A stretch of DNA of 55,401 nt from Minisyncoccales bacterium. GTDB lineage: Bacteria > Patescibacteriota > Minisyncoccia > Minisyncoccales > UBA5738. How positions within the stretch are numbered: the first letter of the stretch is position 1; the number at the start of each line of letters is the position of its first letter. The notes under the pieces are model-generated. The model searched no databases, was not told where the DNA came from, and saw only the letters and a program-made list of their open reading frames with translations. The stretch covers positions 1-55,401 of the forward strand of contig JBARNX010000043.1 of NCBI GenBank assembly GCA_049641805.1, in the 5' to 3' direction. The position numbers and the translations under genes were made by a program. Below are positions 51,829 to 55,401 of the stretch, in pieces.

Positions 51829-52431
51829 ATGTTCACCGGAATTATAAAAAATTTGGGCAAAATCAAACGGATCGCCGGAACCAAACTGGCCATCGAAACC
51901 GACACCGAGTTTTGCGCCAAACTGGAAATTGGCGCCAGCATCGCAGTCAATGGCATTTGCCTGACGGTCACGGTATTTGACAAAAGTTCTTTTACTGTGG
52001 AAATAATGCCGGAAACCGTGAAACGCACCAATTTGCAATATCTGCGAACCGGCGATGAAGCAAATCTGGAAATGCCGACCACCGGCGAATCGTTTCTGGC
52101 CGGACACATTGTGCAGGGCCACATTGATGGTATCGCGCGATTGCAAAGCATGGTCGATGACGGCAACAGCCGCATGCTGAAATTTACCGTGGACGAAACT
52201 CTAACCAAATATATCGTCGAGAAAGGCTCGATCGCGATCAACGGCGTCTCTCTTACCGTGATCGAAGCGGGAAGCAATTATTTCACCGTCGGCATAATCC
52301 CCCACACCTGGGACGCGACCATGTTTCACAATTTCAAAACCGGAGATTTTGCCAATGTCGAGGTTGATGTTCTGGCAAAGTACATCGAACGACTGATAAG
52401 CTACCGCGCGCCCAATAAAAAAAATGGATGA
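51829..52431 (+). CDS. ribE: Riboflavin synthase (alpha chain)
   Basis: MFTGII...G.I and the duplicated barrel motifs GASIAVNGICLTV / GSIAINGVSLTV. Confidence 0.88.
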   Translation: MFTGIIKNLGKIKRIAGTKLAIETDTEFCAKLEIGASIAVNGICLTVTVFDKSSFTVEIMPETVKRTNLQYLRTGDEANLEMPTTGESFLAGHIVQGHIDGIARLQSMVDDGNSRMLKFTVDETLTKYIVEKGSIAINGVSLTVIEAGSNYFTVGIIPHTWDATMFHNFKTGDFANVEVDVLAKYIERLISYRAPNKKNG

Positions 52432-52862
52432 AAGATATTAAAGACATAAAAATCGCCATCGTCAGCGCCACTTTCCATAAACTGGTTACCGACAACCTTG
52501 AAAAACATTGCGTCGACACCCTCAAAGAAAAAGGACTGTCGGACAGCCAGATTGAAATCATAAGAATTCCCGGCGCATTGGAAATACCGCTGATGGCCAA
52601 AAAAATGGCAAAGAAAAAAATTTACGACGCCATTATTGTTTTTGGCGCGATCCACAAAGGCAAAACCACTCACTTTGAATTGATTTCCCAAGAATGCGCT
52701 CGGGGCTGTATGGATGTTTCTTGGCAATTCGAAATCCCGGTGATCTTTGAAGTGCTGACCGTAATGGATATCGCCGATGCCCTTGAACGCGCCACCCGCG
52801 AAAAAGAAAACAAAGGCGCCGAAGCCGCCCTCACGGCCTTGGAAATGATCAAGCTGATGTAA
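52428..52862 (+). CDS. ribH: 6,7-dimethyl-8-ribityllumazine synthase
   Basis: IAIV.A.FH......L.......L...G......I.I.R.PGA.EIP..A......YDAII..G..I.G.T.HFE....E. ATGA overlap with ribE. Confidence 0.86.
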   Translation: MKDIKDIKIAIVSATFHKLVTDNLEKHCVDTLKEKGLSDSQIEIIRIPGALEIPLMAKKMAKKKIYDAIIVFGAIHKGKTTHFELISQECARGCMDVSWQFEIPVIFEVLTVMDIADALERATREKENKGAEAALTALEMIKLM

Positions 52863-52890
52863 TTTCGCTTTACTTTAAAAACGCTTCCAT

Positions 52891-54000
52891 TTATTGGGGC
52901 GTTTTTGCGATAATAAACTTTCCGGCTTTGATCTGCGCTTTCATATCGCCGGAAACAACCGAATTTTTCGCCAGCCAGGATAATACTTCGCCTTGTTTTT
53001 CCTCGCTTGATAAACTGACTTGGAAATTTTTCATTTCCGTGGAATGCAGATCGTATTCGATTTTTCCCTTGTCTAAAATTATTTTAACTGCCAGGCCGTG
53101 CCGCACTTCATCGGAAAATATCTGGTCAAAAACAAAATTGCCCAGCGAATAGAAAATCGGTTTGCCGTTATAAACTTCGATCGGCTGGACCACATGCGGA
53201 TGGCTGCCCAAAATCGCGTCCGCGCCCGCGTCGATAAATTGGCGGCCCTTAACTTGGGAACCCGGCCAAAAATCAGTTTGGTATTCCGCGCCCCAATGGG
53301 CATAGACAACGACGAAATCCGCCTGCTTTCTTGCTTCCTTGATTTTGGCGATCGTGCCCGCGATTGCCGGATCGCTAAATTCGTTATAGCCGATAAAAGC
53401 AATTTTCAATCCGTTGATATCTTTTACCAATGTCGGTCCCTCATTATAAAAATCGCCGAAATGATCAATACCCGCTTTGTCCAAATATGTCCGCGATTGC
53501 GCAAAACCGTCTTTGCCGAAATCCTGAACATGATTATTGGCCAAATTAACGATATTAAACCCGCTATCCTTGAGTACCTTCGCCAACGCCGGTTCAAAAG
53601 TGAAACTGGTATTATTCGGATCCAGCGGCCGCGGCTTGAAATCCGTGAACGATCCTTCCAAATTTGCCAAAACCAAATCATTGCCTGACAGAAAATCTTT
53701 GATGTTTTCAAAAGGATGATTTGCTCCCCGCCGATCGATCTCCCGCTTGATATAGCGATCCAAAAGCAGATCGCCAAACGCCAAAACCGTTACCGGCTTG
53801 CCGCCATCATCGTTTAGCATAACAGGGACCTCGTTCTCCAAGACTGCCGTTCCGGCATCAGGCGGCCTATCTTCCTCGGTTGATTTTTGCGACCAAAAAA
53901 TCGCCGCCAGACCAAAAATCGCCGCGGATATTATTATGCCCGCAAATTTCGCGGTTTTCGCGCTTCTAACTTTAATTTTGACTGTTTTTTTTACCGCCAT
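52891..54000 (-). CDS. CapA/PGA_cap-family metallophosphatase, membrane-anchored
   Basis: AFGDLLLDR, LANLEG, NLANNH, YAHWG.EY, LGSHPHV.QP and YSLGNF.FDQ. The GTG track start at 54021 was trimmed to the ATG at 54000. Confidence 0.8.
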   Translation of the reverse strand: MAVKKTVKIKVRSAKTAKFAGIIISAAIFGLAAIFWSQKSTEEDRPPDAGTAVLENEVPVMLNDDGGKPVTVLAFGDLLLDRYIKREIDRRGANHPFENIKDFLSGNDLVLANLEGSFTDFKPRPLDPNNTSFTFEPALAKVLKDSGFNIVNLANNHVQDFGKDGFAQSRTYLDKAGIDHFGDFYNEGPTLVKDINGLKIAFIGYNEFSDPAIAGTIAKIKEARKQADFVVVYAHWGAEYQTDFWPGSQVKGRQFIDAGADAILGSHPHVVQPIEVYNGKPIFYSLGNFVFDQIFSDEVRHGLAVKIILDKGKIEYDLHSTEMKNFQVSLSSEEKQGEVLSWLAKNSVVSGDMKAQIKAGKFIIAKTPQ

Positions 54001-54049
54001 TCCTATATAACGGACAAACACCTCTGCCGAACCGATTCAATACTCTGCT

Positions 54050-55093
54050 TTAGGAAGCTTTGATGAATAACTTCCAGCCTTGGTTGACGACGCGCCAGAC
54101 CACTTGCTCTTGCGGGACTTGGATCGAGCCCTGAGGGGTTTGCTGGATCATATTCGTTTGCTGTTTGCGGTAGTCAACGGAAAGCTCAAAATAATTCTGC
54201 AGGTCAAGGCTCTCCACATAAGCGATGCGGTAATCTTTTTTATTTTGCATCGCGTTCTGCCCCAGCTCGTTTTCCGGGTTCCACAACGAATTCAAATTCA
54301 TTTCTCGATTATATTCTTCCAGCAAATCGGTCATCGCCTTTGACAACTCGCTGTCCGCATAATGCACGGTTTTGACGCCCAAATCCTCTTTGGCTTCTTT
54401 ACGGCCGATGAAATACTGGTGCGAATAAAGTTTTTCCGTGAAATAATCCACCACTTTCTCGATCTCCTCTTCGCGCATAGGCTGGGTATGGCTTTTCAAT
54501 AGCCGCTTGGCCAGGATGCGAATCAGATTGTGGATGCGATTCACATTGCCCAAGGCCAGCGGATGGATCTGCGGATTGGCATCCACGAATTTCTCAAAAA
54601 TGCGCGAAAGCTGTTCGTCGTCTTTGATGCCGAATTTGCTTTTGGCCAGATCAAAATAAGCCATCACATCCTCCACCGAAATCGGAATTCTCTGGTGCGG
54701 GTTTTGCGGGTCGGCCGGATTGAAAACATTGGCCGTGGACGGATCAATGGGCGAAATTTCCGACAGGTTGCTCATCACAATCTCATCGGCGCCCAAGGCA
54801 ATCATCGTGGCGGCGCTATGCGCTTTATAAGGCACCAGCACCGAAAACTTATCGCAATATTCGCGGATCATCGAAACCAAACGCCATGGCACCATCGTGT
54901 CTCCGCCGGAACTGTACAAAAACAAATCGATATTCTCGGTTTTGCCGATGGCCTGTAATTGCTTGCCGGCTATCGGAATGATATCCATTGCCACGCGTGC
55001 GCTCACCGGCCCCGGACGGTCGCTGGTCAAATAAGTAATCACCCGCGATTTGCGCAAACCTTCAATCCGTTGAATCAATTGTTTTTTATCCAT
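54050..55093 (-). CDS. SDH-family (serine dehydrogenase proteinase / ClpP-fold, SppA-like) serine protease with a ~170-aa C-terminal region of unknown function
   Basis: ITYLTSDR...IDLFLYSSGGD........MIREYC.KF.VLVP..AHSAATMIALGADEIVM...SE.SPIDP. The track start at 55165 was trimmed to the ATG at 55093. Confidence 0.6.
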   Translation of the reverse strand: MDKKQLIQRIEGLRKSRVITYLTSDRPGPVSARVAMDIIPIAGKQLQAIGKTENIDLFLYSSGGDTMVPWRLVSMIREYCDKFSVLVPYKAHSAATMIALGADEIVMSNLSEISPIDPSTANVFNPADPQNPHQRIPISVEDVMAYFDLAKSKFGIKDDEQLSRIFEKFVDANPQIHPLALGNVNRIHNLIRILAKRLLKSHTQPMREEEIEKVVDYFTEKLYSHQYFIGRKEAKEDLGVKTVHYADSELSKAMTDLLEEYNREMNLNSLWNPENELGQNAMQNKKDYRIAYVESLDLQNYFELSVDYRKQQTNMIQQTPQGSIQVPQEQVVWRVVNQGWKLFIKAS

Positions 55094-55205
55094 AGATTTT
55101 TTCGTTTTTAGATTGCCATAATCATACCATTTCCTCCAACATTTGCCACCCTCGCAAAATGGCACCTCGCAAAAAATCGCGCCCGAATTTGGGATCGCGA
55201 AATGA

Positions 55206-55401
55206 TTATTCGCCGGTTTTGTTTTCCGCGTATCTGTAATTCACCAAGCTGATATCGGCGTAAACCGCGCTTTTGAATTTCCACAAAACATCAAGGCAAA
55301 AAGCGGTGTCTTCGCCGATACGCAAATCGCTATATTCAACCTCCTCAAAAACATCCCGGCGCACCGCCGCGTATCCGTGATGCGGATGGGCCCCCTCTAT
55401 C
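55206..55401 (-). CDS. C-terminal fragment of a family-2 glycosyltransferase (5' part lies outside the window)
   Basis: Hand translation gives ...HPHHGYAAVRRDVFEEVEYSDLRIGEDTAFCLDVLWKFKSAVYADISLVNYRYAENKTGE*. The GED..F motif is typical of GT2. Confidence 0.6.
   Translation of the reverse strand, partial: IEGAHPHHGYAAVRRDVFEEVEYSDLRIGEDTAFCLDVLWKFKSAVYADISLVNYRYAENKTGE

Noticed and set aside
51291-52277. A 328-aa minus-strand ORF, plus the ORFs at 51119-51637 and 51721-52146, spanning ppaC and ribE.
   Set aside because: They are antisense to two genes with unmistakable family motifs (DHH pyrophosphatase and riboflavin synthase). The composition is low-complexity, as is typical of shadow ORFs.

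Overview
This 55.4-kb fragment is coded almost entirely on the minus strand. It looks like a small-genome Patescibacteria/CPR-type bacterium. That placement is an inference from four things: L30 is absent between rpsE and rplO, many ribosomal proteins carry long basic extensions, most starts lack a Shine-Dalgarno sequence, and the metabolic content is sparse. The genetic code is standard, because UGA is used as a stop and is the shifty stop in prfB. In the direction of transcription the order is as follows. First comes the str operon (rpsL-rpsG-fusA-tuf). Next is the S10/spc cluster (rpsJ through rplO, then secY-adk-map). Then there is a co-directional block of about 20 kb holding 22 unrelated genes and 2 tRNAs: GT2, GalT, patatin, SNase, AlkD-like, a beta-helix membrane protein, SdpI-like, an Rrf2-IscS-IscU operon, a HEPN/MNT pair, a UvrD-type helicase fused to a nuclease, frameshifted prfB, ftsEX, GIY-YIG, tpiA and others. 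Only after that block comes infA-rpmJ-rpsM-rpsK-rpsD-rpoA-rplQ-rplM-rpsI. The right-hand end holds an M50 protease, rpmB, tRNA-Pro, a P-type ATPase, a second adenylate-kinase-like gene, a ComEC-type MBL protein, ppaC, ribE-ribH, CapA and an SDH-family protease. The strongest non-genic signal is a set of long AT-rich hairpin-forming repeat families that fill nearly every spacer longer than about 80 nt. These include the spacers between ribosomal-protein genes, which are normally tightly packed. One of the repeats supplies the C-terminus of L22. Other notable points are an RpoA with no alpha-CTD, a tRNA-Gln embedded in a 26-bp continuous helix, GC-rich hairpin plus U-tract elements that abut start codons, and three GC-rich structured non-coding regions I could not classify. 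All calls come from reading the sequence and recognising motifs; no database search or folding program was run.
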